A stretch of DNA of 63,908 nucleotides, the filler included, from Licmophora abbreviata (taxonomy: Eukaryota): the NCBI GenBank assembly GCA_900291995.1. It is 15 parts of 15 records of this genome, joined end to end, with 100 filler letters (N's around TTAATTAATTAA, not from the genome) between each part and the next. Parts side by side here need not be neighbours in the genome. Positions count along the whole stretch, not along the records: positions 41,860 to 50,416 come from OLMU01004078.1; positions 50,517 to 52,415 come from OLMU01004080.1; positions 52,516 to 59,300 come from OLMU01004083.1; 12 more parts are not named here. One strand, written 5' to 3'. Within the stretch, counting starts at the first letter, position 1, and each line of letters opens with the position of its first letter. Of this stretch, positions 45,508 to 57,444 are shown in pieces. The notes below the pieces were generated by a model that made no database searches, was not told the origin of the DNA, and was given only the letters and a program-made list of their open reading frames with translations. The translations under genes and the position numbers were made by a program.

Positions 45508-48500
45508 ATGCCTCGTCCTCCCCCGGTCTTCCGGCCAGGCCGCGCTTCCTTCACGAGCAAGACGGACGACGATCGACCGATGGCTCCTCCAAGTAGATCG
45601 CCAGCAGCACCTACTACTAACAGAGGTACCGATACGGCCACTGCTCCGGAAGCCAAGCATCCTCAAAGGAAATCTGCCACAGCACGACAGTGGCAGCAGG
45701 CGCTGTACAAGGGACCCGCCGCAGGTGCAGCTTCTACTTCTGCTACACCGACTCCCCAGCAGATGGCGACCTACTTCAAGGGAGTGCTGAAGGACACGGA
45801 CTGAGCTTTTCTTTAGCAGCTTCATCGCCAACCGCCTCCAAACCGCAGACTTCTCGGAAGAAGGCAGTCGGCTGGAACGACAAGCTCTTTGTTTTGAATA
45901 GTAGCAGTCCTGCTGCGCCTTCCCTTTCGACGAACCGCGACAGTCAAACGCACCATGCAAAAACAACATCTACTACTGGTTCTACTTTTACAGCTTCAGC
46001 GACCCGTCGACGCGATAACGGGCCACCTCTCGGTCGTCGCGACGATAGCTTTAAGGAATTACCAATCGGACTCAGTCGTCATGACGGAAGCTTCTCCGAA
46101 GACAAACATGTCCCTCCGCCCATCCCACTCAGCCGTCGCAAACAAACTTTGATTGTTGACAAGGAAAAGCGCGACACGCGTTGGAACTGGAATCGACTGC
46201 TCGTGAGCAAGACTCTAGAACCGTACCGACAATCTCTCTGTAATAAGGATGACTTGCTCCCAGACGATGACCAGGGGTTTCAAGATTTTCAGCAGGAATT
46301 CATGGAGACAGAATTTAGTCAAGTGCGTGACAGCATGCTGGATGATACTGAATTGACGGAACGCGAGGTGGCAGCTTTCTTTGAAGGATTTGCCTTGTTT
46401 CAAATGAAGGTGCGATCGCTGCAGAGTCAGTTGGACAGTGCCAAGGCCTTGACGAGCCTCGATGATCGGGTTACGCGTATGCGATCTATGCGAGCGTTGA
46501 GCATGTCTCCTATGGACTCTAAGAATAATATGACTCGATCCGAGTTGGCCCGTAGTCAGTCGGGTGTCCGATCCAGTCTCATGATGGCCGCCGGGAAAGG
46601 GAGTGCCACGGACAATGCTTCGGACAATAGGAAGAGAATGCAATCTACGCCGCCGCGGCAATTCGGAAAGTCGCTTCGTGCCCTATCCATCAAGAAGGTA
46701 CAAAAGGACCACGGGGAAGATGAAAAAGTACAGAAACTTCTGAAGGAACTGGAGGAAGCGGAACGAAAACAGAACAAACTCGAGAAGCAATTGGCGCAGG
46801 CGGGAATCGTCATTGCAGAAGATATTCCATATGAAGAAGCGAAAGAAAGCGTGGCGCGAATCGCCAAGCGATTGCAAGAAATTGGATCGTCTGATACAGC
46901 AGATCCGAAACTGCGGGAAGAGTACTTCAAACTGGAACAAGAGATGGAGAAGATGACCACGGCGCTGCAGCTTTCAGACGAGTATGTTGAAGAGCAAGAG
47001 AATCTCGAACGCCAGTGGGAGGAAGACAATGAATCAGATAACCTCGAAGCTCTCAAGATGATTCGCCGGCACATGCCTGTGGAAGTAAAGAGCATGTCTG
47101 AAGCACAGCTGTGTACAGATGAGACGCCCAGTGGAAAAGTGCTCCCCAAAGCAATGGCGAGAAAGTTCAAACGCACCAATGTGCTTCAGTTGTTGCGTGT
47201 CGACCCCGGGGACATCGTCCGAATGCATCCGTCAACCCTCGAGAATATGCGAGTGACAGGTCTAACATTGACCGAGCGGCGTGCTTTGTATTCCCATCTT
47301 CGTGGAATTGGTCCGCGATGGAAATCGATGCAGGCTGATCAGATGACTGAACGAAAGTGGGTTTGTAAGTTTCCTTCGTTGCCAACGTTTTTGTATAGAG
47401 CTAGTATGTGTTCTAACGGCGCCTTGCTCTCTAGGGTTTCAAATGATGAAGCAAAATTTTAAGGAAAATCTGAACTTGTATCAGAACCACGTTGAAAAGT
47501 ATGGTCCGCCCGGCAATCATCCGTATTCCACCCGCGAAAATCCAGATGGTGGATGTCCGCTGATTGGTAAGCAGTGTCCGCTGAGAGCGGATAAGATCAT
47601 TGACTACGACGGTGACTACGGATATCCTGATGGCGAGTTGTATGAGGTTTCCAACGTGACCAAAGCCGACGCGGAGGATCCGGGGGCCAAGGCGAAACGG
47701 GAAGCTCTGGAGCTCGCTCGTGACAAACGAACTGACGAGCGCGGTGACTCTCTCAGGAAGCACTACAAGGGCAAGGTCTTACAGGTTTCCTTGGCCAACG
47801 GGAGCTGCGAAGCGATGGATGAAGTGCTGGATCGCATTGACGCGTGGCAATCCAAGTGGATCGAAGAACGAGCAAGTCGTGGGGTGAACACTGTAAACGA
47901 TGAAATCAAACGAACAGAAATTGCAGCATTCGGTGATGCCCTGAATGAACTGAAACTTGCGATCCTTCCGTTCGCCGAGCGGTCTGGAATGCAGCTCACG
48001 GGCAAAAAGGACGCCAATGCAGAACACGTTGACATACGGAGTCCAGTCGAGCTGGGCCTCTGCGAAGAGGTGTACGAGGCGGCAGAAGACTTCTTCGAGG
48101 GACTGGAGGAGCGCATGGCTCGGCTTAGAGCCAAGGACAGCCGCTTGACTTCGACAATTAGTCAGCTTCGAGATCTCCTTGTCGAACTGCACGAGCGAAA
48201 TGTCAACACTCTAAAGGCGCTTGGGTGTCAGCGGCCCGTGCCAACTAGGAAGCGTAGGAGCCGAGCGACAATAATGGAAAACACGAATTCTTTGCCAGAA
48301 GATTCTGGTTCAAAATTGCGCGGACCACCAGGTCCCTCTCCCATGGGGGCTCCGGGTAGAGGCGGTCTCTTGGCTGCGATCGCGGGCCGTGGTAGAGGCC
48401 GTGGACCGAGTGATGCTCCTGGAAGGGGAGACCTGATGTCAGCGATTGCGGGTAGAGGTCGAGGACGTACGCCACGCGTTACTGCTGGCAGAGCAGACTT

Positions 48501-48791
48501 GATTTCAGAGCTTGCCGGCCGGGGGATAGGACGTGGACCACGCGATGCTGCTGGAAGGGGAAATCTCATGGCAGCGATTGCTGGCCGAGGACGTGGTCGC
48601 GATGGGGGGAGAGGGGAATTAATTCGGCTATTGCTGGAAGAGGTCGCGGCGACGAAGTGGGTGGTCAAGGCAGAGATGATTGCTCCGCTCAAGAAGACAA
48701 ATCATCAACGGCCACAGCTCCAACCCGGAAAAAGCCAAAGGACAGAGGCAATTTCTTAGAGTCGATTGGTGCGATGGGCGGTTTGGAGTAG
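45508..48791 (+). CDS. Large coiled-coil protein with C-terminal tandem WH2-like/RG-rich repeats; intron 47365-47434; probable 1-nt errors at 45798-45799 and 48623-48624
   Basis: Overlapping ORFs 45508, 45690 and 47443 join into one product. Coiled coils and a globular TNVLQLLR..HPSTLENMRVTGLTLTERRALY region. Repeats GRGxL[LM]xAIAGRG. Confidence 0.7.
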
Positions 48792-48914
48792 CCCAACCCG
48801 GGGTAGATACTGCAAGTGTGTTGCTGAACGAGCATTATGGCTAATTCATTTACCATATATCGTTTTCAGCCATTTGAACACCTTCTTGGACTAGAAACGG
48901 TCCAAACCGTCTCT

Positions 48915-50144
48915 CTAAGAGTCCAGATCCTGCACCATCAGTACCGCTTGCGGAATTAGACCAGCCTCTTGCAGGGAGACCGAATCATCTTCATATGTCT
49001 GCTTTGGGAAGCTCGTCGACAGTGCAACGTTGCGTAACACATTGTCCTCCTCGTCATTCGCACTACTACCAGTGTTCTGCTCCATGCTCTGCAACAAAAC
49101 ATAAGCTTTCAGCGTTCCAATCGTTTCGTCCGAGTAAAACCTCCGTTCCAACCGCGCGCCAGTCGGCAAGACGAACCGAATTCTGGCCCCGCCACTGGAA
49201 GGCTCGTCCCTGACCAATGATTTTGCTCTACCCAAAGCTTCTTCCTCCTCGCGCTGTTTCTCTTCCTGATCTCGCTCAGCCTCCTCCTGTCGACGTCGCT
49301 CCTCCTCAAGCGCTTCCTGTTGCCGGCGGTGGCGTTCCTGATCCGCCAGCAAAGTCTCTTGATACTCCCGATCTTGTTCGCGACGCAATTCCTGCTCTTG
49401 TTCCCGCTGAATACGCCTTGCTTCTTGCTCTGCTACAATCCCATGATGCCGTGTCAAAGCTGTATTCAGGTACATGACCAACTCCGGAACACGAATCGTC
49501 TCCAGAACTGGCCCCTGAGCACACAAGAGTAGCTGCAGACTCGACGAGCTGGGTTGCAAGAGGGCCACCAGTGGAAAAGAGGCAGCACCGAGCATCTGCG
49601 CGAGCTGTGCACCCTGGGCTGAATGGACGCTGACACCGAACTTCTTCAAGCTGGGCTGCTGCAAGAAGCCATGAAAGTGTTCGTTTTCAAACAAACGCCG
49701 CGCGGTGGGAACTGCCGAGCGATGCAAGGGACTGTGCAAGTACACAAACATCAAAGCGTTCTCTTCCATCGCCTCCTGTTTCAACGATTGAAAGCCAGTC
49801 GTACTCCAGTCGTCGTCCACAAGGTCCAGCTCAGCCCTCAGAAACGCAAGGAAGGCGCGCGCAGCCTTGGCCGTGACAGCGGGGGACAAGCCATCGAGCT
49901 CTCGAGGCGGAAAGAGCAGCCGAAGCGCAAAGCGCAAGGGAAACAGCAAAATTCGCAAGACCAGAGCGACCAAGCTAAGCCAGGACTGAATTCGATTCTA
50001 AAGAAAATAAAGAAAACGATGCCGTCGTGAGGAGTCGAGTCCGAATCCACACCAGCAAGAATCGACTCACTCGGGAGCTCTGAAGCCGAGATTTCAGATT
50101 TCACGGGAGCTTCTTACAGTTTCGACCATCGTTTCTCTGCTCAT
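48915..50144 (-). CDS. UAS + coiled-coil + UBX domain protein (FAF2/UBXD8/PUX10-like); short exon 1 50144-50118, intron 50117-49998
   Basis: N-terminal hydrophobic hairpin. UAS MFVYLHSPLH and SFPLVALL. ELRREQDREYQETLLADQER. UBX ARIRFVLPTGARLERRF...TSFPKQ...SLQEAGL. Confidence 0.88.
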
Positions 50145-50516
50145 TTCTTCGAAAAACGGGAAGTGCGCTATCGAAATCGGAGCGACAACCTCTTCTCCAC
50201 ACAACAGAAGCGAGGGAACGAACGGCACAGGTCCAACACGCCATGTAGTGCACTCCTCTCGTGGATGATTGCAATGATTGTTTAAAGTTAAGGTCAATTT
50301 TGATATGAGTAATACAAGAAACGAGGTCCGTTGCGTTAGATCCATAATTTACAATTTACAACCATGAGTACTTGTGAAGTGTTATTTTTTAAGAACACAG
50401 ATGCTTATTTTTAAACNNNNNNNNNNNNNNNNNNNNNNNNNNNNNNNNNNNNNNNNNNNNTTAATTAATTAANNNNNNNNNNNNNNNNNNNNNNNNNNNN
50501 NNNNNNNNNNNNNNNN

Positions 50517-50700
50517 TGCAAGTTTCAGAAGTGTTGACGTAGACATCAGTCTTGAGGTAGGCCTTGGCGAGCATTTCCTCCCAAGGGCACCCGAACCCAT
50601 TGTTGAGCTTGCGCTTCGCGTTGGCCACGCTTCGACCGCGAATGGATGAGGCTGCAGCTGAGGTAGCCAAGAGGGAGAGGATCAACAAGTTCCGAATCAT
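50517..50700 (-). CDS. 5' fragment of a secreted protein with signal peptide and RKL propeptide site
   Basis: MIRNLLILSLLATSAAA-SSIRG...KRKL; truncated by the gap. Confidence 0.6.
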
Positions 50701-51330
50701 GGTCTTGTTTCGTTGTTGCTTGCACTTTGAACTTGTTTGGTGATACAAGATCACTTTTTGTGCGAGAAAGGACTGACTCCACTCAACTCGCAAAAGAGTT
50801 TTTGGCCCTTGGTCACCGACTATTATGTCCGTAGTCATGACTTAGGGCTTGATTTATTTAACAAACTCACCTTAGTACATAGACATTACTGTGGTTTGTT
50901 TATATATAGTACTGATATTTGTGAAAGACATTTTGCGCTCATAGTCATCGCCATCGAGTCTTCTTGAAATAAATACTTTGTGAAGCTATGACTCTCCTGT
51001 ACAGTTCCTACCAGGAGACTGGTCACCGGTACTGCGTATCGTGCCTGGAGTCATAAAGTAGACGTGGCTCTTCGTACACTTTTTCCTGATAGAGACTAGG
51101 GCTATTGTGGAAGAAAAAGTCTTGAGACGATGAGCATAAAAAGTGCGTATTATGGTCATAGACAAGTGTGGAGGTATTGAAAGTTGTGAGTCATTGCAAC
51201 CAAGATCTAGACTTATCCCCCCTTCTCTTCTCGTTTTGTTATATATGCCTCAAAAATGCCAATCAGGACCAAGCGCACAATATTCCATTGATCTCCATCA
51301 TTCACCTCGTTCGTTGGCCCAAGAGTCAAG

Positions 51331-52415
51331 ATGAGAAAGCTCTTTCTCGCTGTTTGCTTCCTAACGAAAGGAGTCGCTGTCAAAGGCCATGGGAACCATC
51401 ACCATGATCACGGTCCACGTAGCGGCAAGGGGCGAGAATTGTGGTTTTGGAATGACAGCGATGAGCAGGACGAGCCCACCATCGCACCTGTGGCGCAACC
51501 CACCGAGTACTGTGATGAGTTCTGCATGCTCTTTCAAGACGTCCTCATGATGGCTGGAGAGGGATCTGGGGACATTACCTACTTCTTTCCCTACGACGAG
51601 GACAACCCAAACGGGACCCCAGAAAATGGCGACAGCTTCTGTGGAACTCAAAGACCCGCGGAAGAAGTTTTGCAAAAGCAAGCGGCCGAGACTCGCATTG
51701 CGAACGAAGCAGGACAACGAAGGCTCAACACAGGCCAAAACCAGACCTTCATCGACCTGCATTTCCACATTGTGACAAACACGGCTGGAGATTCAGGGAA
51801 CCTTGCAGAATGGCAAATTACGGCCCAAATGGACAAGCTTAATGCCGACTTTGCGGACACTACTTTCCAGTTCAATCATATCAATACCACTGTCGTCCAA
51901 GATTCTGATCTCTTCTTTCTGGATGGATTGCTGTTCCGAAATGATATCCCATCGATGCAGAGCAGACTTGGGCAAGACCTACGACAAGGCAATCGCACGG
52001 TACTCAACGTATACTCTCTCAAGATGCGTAGCAGAGGTCTTGGAATGGCGACTTTCCCTGCGTCATTCGGAGGCACCAAGGACGGCGTCTATATCGATCA
52101 CTGCACGGTACCGGGTGGAAGTGGCTGCGGAACATATAACACAGGAGACATACTTACGCATGAAGTTGGTCATTGGCTGGGACTACTTCATACTTTCGAA
52201 GGAGGGGTAAGTTTCGTATGCTATTTTATTGTTGTTTCTCGGACTGTTTCAGGTCTCATCATCCAAACTGTCTTTTTCGTTCACTTGCAGTGTAATGAAG
52301 AGCACGGGGACTATATCAGTGATACACCACCTCAAGCAATCGCTAAGTACAGTTGCCCAAGTCCCGGCAATACAGAAGACTCGTGTGGTCCGGCTTTCGC
52401 CGGGACCGACCCTTT
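51331..52415 (+). CDS. Secreted M43 (pappalysin/ulilysin-like) zinc metalloprotease; intron 52207-52290; 3'-truncated
   Basis: Signal peptide, Cys-switch FCGT, [32 protein letters not shown] and GDYISDTP. Confidence 0.92.
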
Positions 52416-52515
52416 NNNNNNNNNNNNNNNNNNNNNNNNNNNNNNNNNNNNNNNNNNNNTTAATTAATTAANNNNNNNNNNNNNNNNNNNNNNNNNNNNN
52501 NNNNNNNNNNNNNNN

Positions 52516-52662
52516 GTGGCAGTGGCAGTGGCAGTGGCAGTGGCAGTGGCAGTGGCAGTGGCAGTGGCAGTGGCAGTGGCAGTGGCAGTGGCAGTGGCAG
52601 CAGGCAGTGGCAGTGGCAGTGGCAGTGGCAGTGGCAGTGGCAGTGGCAGTGGCAGTGGCAGT
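52516..52662 (+). repeat. (GGCAGT)n hexanucleotide microsatellite, probably encoding a (Gly-Ser)n linker
   Basis: About 24 tandem units adjoining the gap, with one interruption near 52600. Confidence 0.95.
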
Positions 52663-53505
52663 GACAGCGGTAGTGATGATCGGAACGATGAAGTCTACAC
52701 GTTCGATTACAACAAGTTCTTCAGAAACTTACCTAATCTAGAAGTCCAGTGCGAAGAGACCGACTGCGACGGAAAGTTCAACTACGCCCAGCGAAAGCAA
52801 ATTGTCGAAATGTCGAAAGCTTTGGAATTGGTGGTGACAAGCAACGAAGAAAAGATCAACCGAATCAAAGAGTTTCTTGCTAGCAGACCGGTGCAGCATG
52901 AGCTATCGAAAGCTGAACTCAAAGAAACCCAAGAAGTGGAAGAGCAGTACCTGAAAAATGTAGTGAAAAAAGATCTCGAGGCCGACCAGGACGCTCGCAT
53001 GGCTGAACTCGAGAGCAAGAAAGGCAACACGGAATATTTCGCAGACAAGGACGAGTGGGAGGATGCCAAAAAGGCATTGAAAGCCTTGTTCGAAACTGAG
53101 TGGGACGATTTCGACTTAGAGAAGATTGCTATGAAGGAACGACATATTGCCGAAGAGAAGAAACTGGACGATGACTACAATGCTGATGTAGAAAAGCTGA
53201 TATCAGATGAAGTCTACTTCGAAGAGGAAACCAAGACGGAGGAAGAAGTCGTGAAAACAGGAATTACGGGGGCCGTGATGCAATTCCAGGATCCAATGAT
53301 ATTGGGATTTGCCCCCCCACCGGACTTGAGACTGACAGAGTTGCAGTTGAGTTTGGAGAGCTCACTGACACAAAAACTCAACGAGGCATACAACCCGACT
53401 TGCTTTCTTACCGCACCCTTGGTTGATGTGACGGTGACAGGAGACATGACCGAGCAAGTCGCTGAGGACTTTGTGAATGCTCGGAGCTGTCCACCCAGCA
53501 GCTAG
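52516..53505 (+). CDS. C-terminal part of an acidic coiled-coil protein (possibly the tail of the M43 gene)
   Basis: About 300 codons open after the GS repeat; Glu/Asp/Lys-rich helices with a few Cys; no start visible. Confidence 0.6.
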   Translation: MAVAVAVAVAVAVAVAVAVAVAVAVAVAAGSGSGSGSGSGSGSGSGSGSDSGSDDRNDEVYTFDYNKFFRNLPNLEVQCEETDCDGKFNYAQRKQIVEMSKALELVVTSNEEKINRIKEFLASRPVQHELSKAELKETQEVEEQYLKNVVKKDLEADQDARMAELESKKGNTEYFADKDEWEDAKKALKALFETEWDDFDLEKIAMKERHIAEEKKLDDDYNADVEKLISDEVYFEEETKTEEEVVKTGITGAVMQFQDPMILGFAPPPDLRLTELQLSLESSLTQKLNEAYNPTCFLTAPLVDVTVTGDMTEQVAEDFVNARSCPPSS

Positions 53506-53568
53506 AGATGCATAAACGTGCAAAGCATTTTAAAGGTACTGCATAGAGATAAATGATTAGTTTTATGA

Positions 53569-55117
53569 TTAATGGTGAGCATCCTGGGTCCACTGAATCT
53601 CTTTCAAGTCAATGCCTTCTTGCACCATTTCCCATAGAGGTGACATCTCGCGTAGTCGTCCCACATGTTCCTTGAGCAGCTCCAATACAAAGTCCATCTC
53701 CTGTTCCGTCGTGAAACGCCCAATGCCGAACCGAAGGCTCGAGTGCGCCAGCTCGTCATCGACCCCCAAGGCACGCAGGACATAACTTGGTTCTAGACTC
53801 GCCGATGTACAGGCCGATCCCGAACTAACGGCGATATTCTTTAGACTCATAAGAAGCGATTCGCCCTCCACGTAGGCAAAAGAGTAGTTAAGACACCCGG
53901 GGTAGTTGTGCTCGGGATCTCCATTCTGAATAACCTCCGGGATATCCTGCTCAATTCCAGTCTTGAGTTTGTTTGAGAGATACGAGATCCACGCACTATC
54001 GACTTCCATGTCGTCCTGCGCCAGTTGACACGCCTTACCAAAGCCCACACAGAGAAAGTGGGGGAGCGTCCCGCTGCGAAGTCCACGTTCCTGCCCTCCT
54101 CCCGAAAAGAGCGGTTCCAGTCGCACCCGGGGACGACGGCGAACGTACAATGCCCCAATGCCTTTCGGACCGTAAATCTTGTGTCCCGACATGGACATGA
54201 GATCGATTTTCATGTCGTCCACGTCAATCGGCATCTTTCCCAGCATCTGCGCTGCGTCTGTATGAAAGACGATCTTCTTGGAGCGACAAAGTTCTCCAAT
54301 CTCCTTAATCGGCTGAACTGTTCCGATTTCATTGTTTACTGCCATGACGGAAATCAAAATGGTGTCATCACGAATGGCGTCCTTCAACCGATCCATATCG
54401 ACACGCCCCGTCGCCGGCTCGACCGCAAGATAGGTGACATCGTAGCCTTCCTGCTCGAGCGAGCGACACGAGTCCAAGACACACTTGTGCTCCGTCTGGG
54501 TGGTGATTACATGCTTTCCACGCTTTCCGTAAAAGTGTGCCGCACCCTTGATGCTGAGATTGTTGGATTCGGTCGCACCGCTCGTAAAGATGATCTCCTT
54601 GCTACTGGCACCAATCAAACTTGCAACCTGCTCCCGGGCTACTTCCGTGACGCGTTCCGACTCCCACCCGAAGCTGTGTGTGCGAGAATGAGGGTTTCCA
54701 AAGGAGCCAATCTAGAAAGCGACACACAAACGCATCGTGAGAGTTTGAGCCAATCGTGCGGTTCACAAGACAGCAGAGCTTCCTCGTAGACCCACTCACC
54801 ATATGAGGCGCCATGGCGTCCAAGACACGCGGATCCAGGGGCGTAGTGGCACTATGGTCTAGATAGGCGGCTCGGCCTTCGCGAAACTTGCCACGGATAC
54901 TATATTCCGACGTAAAGTCGTCTTGGAACAAGGACGAGGGAATTTCAACGCTGGCCTGATATCGGCGGTCCGTTTCCATCTGTTCTGGCGTTGTAGAGGC
55001 CATACTGCTGCTACTCAAGGCACGGACTGACGCAAGGCCTCTTCCAGTAGACACCAGCTTGGAGCGGCACAACGCCTGTCCGCGAGACAAGAGTACCCGC
55101 TGCGACATCATCATCAT
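53569..55117 (-). CDS. NFS1: Mitochondrial cysteine desulfurase; intron 54799-54712
   Basis: [46 protein letters not shown] (PLP Lys) and [19 protein letters not shown] (catalytic Cys). Confidence 0.97.
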
Positions 55118-55470
55118 GGTGGGTGGTGTTGTGTCGATCACAGAAAAAGGTAAAAGTTCAATGAAATTCGGAGCGAACCTCACAACACGTCATCCCAGTC
55201 TAGCCGCCGTCCGTTCAATTCTACGAGCTTTCTTCAACCTGAACCCACTTTCCGTCAGAAACGAGCTCGTATCATAGCCAATGTCTCGTGCTCGCAGAAT
55301 GACCATGACCATGTCATGACATTTATTGGGGGCACAGCTCCAAAGGACGATGAGGCATTGACACTCACAAAGTTGCAAGAAAGAAAAAGACCCCCTTCCT
55401 CAAGTCGTACCAAAACTCCCATACAAGTATCTTCCAGAACACAGCAATCGTTCCGATTGATCATATAACA

Positions 55471-55818
55471 ATGAAGGCCTTTTCAGTACTTTCTCTGCTC
55501 TCGATTGGATTGTTGACGCTCCCGACTACGGTCCACGCCGGATGCGGGCTGCGAGGCGGCGACTGTCCTGCAGCTCAGCTCAGCTCCTACTCGAATATCT
55601 TGACCTCTCCAGTAGCCAAAGGCGTACGCGATGCTGCGGATAGGGCAGCCGCATCTCCTCTACTAGAAGCCTCTTCTTCTTCCACAACTGCGGAACGATC
55701 CTCGACTCAAGAACAAATAGCCGGCGAAACTCATTTGCAACTAGATGCAACTGCCGCATTACACTACGAAGAAGCGGTTGCTCAAGTACAACAGGATTCG
55801 ATGGACGTGACCGAATAA
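55471..55818 (+). CDS. Small secreted acidic protein
   Basis: Signal peptide MKAFSVLSLLSIGLLTLPTTVHA followed by CGLRGGDC; divergent from NFS1. Confidence 0.55.
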   Translation: MKAFSVLSLLSIGLLTLPTTVHAGCGLRGGDCPAAQLSSYSNILTSPVAKGVRDAADRAAASPLLEASSSSTTAERSSTQEQIAGETHLQLDATAALHYEEAVAQVQQDSMDVTE

Positions 55819-56076
55819 CAGAAGTCGACTTACAAGACCCCGAATACTATTGCTGAGCTAGAGCAGGTGGAAGAGGTTGCTAGCACATTCGTTATACAAC
55901 AAGAAGAAACTGTCACGCAAAGATAGCAGAGTGCCGCAGAAGAAAGAGAACGAGCGGAGATGGAGCAAGAATCCATTCCGACGTTGTCATTTAATGCACA
56001 CGCTCATCATTGGGGCAGTGTTGCATTATTCTAGATTTGACATTATAGTATACTCATATTACACACAAAAACGCTT

Positions 56077-57135
56077 TCACTCTTTGGGTCGTAGCTCCAA
56101 TTGATCTAGGCATTTGTAGCCACACCCAATATCGTCAAAGAGGCAAGTGTGATTGTGCACCCGGTGTCCATTCAAATCACATGGAAACGTCGCCGACTCG
56201 TAGCATTGTTCATGGGCAAACTGCAGCAGCCGAACATACTCTTGGATATGTCGCTGCACCCGACCTCGTCCCAGGAAGTCAATGGTCGCGTCCAACTTGG
56301 CCACAGCCTCTCTGTACAAAATTACATCTCCTGCAATGCGTCGCTGCCACGGAGTCACAACCTCCCTTTCTCGTTGCCAGGAGAATGGCTCCGTCAGGTA
56401 GATGCATGATGTATCGTTGAAGTCCAACAGGTCGTTGGGGGCGGTTATGTAAAGCAAGTCGGTTGTGTTGAGTCCCCAAAGCAGTTTCAATACAACCAAT
56501 GATTCATGCAGCCGTTCTGTGATGCCGATAAAGTGATATTGCTCTCGAAGTATTCGTTCGACGTGCGCAATTTCACTGTGGAATATCATGTCCTTGGTTT
56601 CATTCAGTAGTGTTCGCAAGTAGTAGTGATCCAGCTCGACAGTCTCTTCCAGAAACCTTTCGTAGTTTTGAATCGCCGGTTCGACCTCTTGCCACGATAC
56701 TTTCTTCGAGAAAAACTCACTCTTGGCTCGTGCTGCAGGATCTCTCAAGAAGGTCCATCTCAAACTATTACTTCTACTGCCTTTCGCGGTAGTCAACGAG
56801 GACGACGACAAGTCAGGAAAGGGCGGCGTGCCCACTGCGGCTTTGATGGTATCGTAATGCCGATCCATACGCAAGAAGACACTCCCCAAGATGGATGTTT
56901 CGACATTGTCCAAAGGCACATATAGAATCTTACGTGGTGATTTCGAAGCATCGTCGTCGTTGTCCTCTACAAACTTCTGAGGCCTCCAAGTGGTGTGGTC
57001 GTCGTCACGATGGTCTCGACAGGAGGCCGCAGTTTTGGCCAACTTGTGAAGCCATTTTCGCTCCCAAAGAAATGAAATCAAAAGAATACAGGGAACCGAC
57101 CATTTCTGGACAGTAGAGAGGAATGGGAGCGTCAT
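56077..57135 (-). CDS. Golgi-type sulfotransferase-like protein (Gal-3-O-ST/Sulfotransfer_2 related)
   Basis: 3'-PB-like WTFLRDPAARAKSEFF, YHFIGITERLHESLVVLKLL...DLLY and C-terminal CLFDDIGCGYKCLD; N-terminal hydrophobic anchor. Confidence 0.75.
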   Translation of the reverse strand: MTLPFLSTVQKWSVPCILLISFLWERKWLHKLAKTAASCRDHRDDDHTTWRPQKFVEDNDDDASKSPRKILYVPLDNVETSILGSVFLRMDRHYDTIKAAVGTPPFPDLSSSSLTTAKGSRSNSLRWTFLRDPAARAKSEFFSKKVSWQEVEPAIQNYERFLEETVELDHYYLRTLLNETKDMIFHSEIAHVERILREQYHFIGITERLHESLVVLKLLWGLNTTDLLYITAPNDLLDFNDTSCIYLTEPFSWQREREVVTPWQRRIAGDVILYREAVAKLDATIDFLGRGRVQRHIQEYVRLLQFAHEQCYESATFPCDLNGHRVHNHTCLFDDIGCGYKCLDQLELRPKE

Positions 57136-57444
57136 GCCGGCGTCTCAAAAGGGCAGAAAGGAATTGAATTGTACCCTCCTTCTAGGGCCGACCACATGAT
57201 GCCCCGACGCCGTGGGGTTTGAGGTCGAAGGTGTTGCTGGCACATCAGTCGCGAATATGACGCACTTTTAAGCGGGACTCAACTATGAGTCAATCTACAC
57301 CACCCTCCAAGACATCCACTACCTCCGTTCAACCACATCCCACAAGAAAGATACGATGAATATCATAAACAGCTCGCTTGCTAGTAAGCTCAGATTGAAA
57401 GCCATCCTCTAAATTAGTTCGTAGCAGTTGTTCTCATTTTTTAA

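Noticed and set aside
52516..52602. Poly(Ala-Val) N-terminus/TM in the ORF track
   Set aside because: Frame artefact of the GGCAGT microsatellite next to a gap; the downstream frame reads (Gly-Ser)n.
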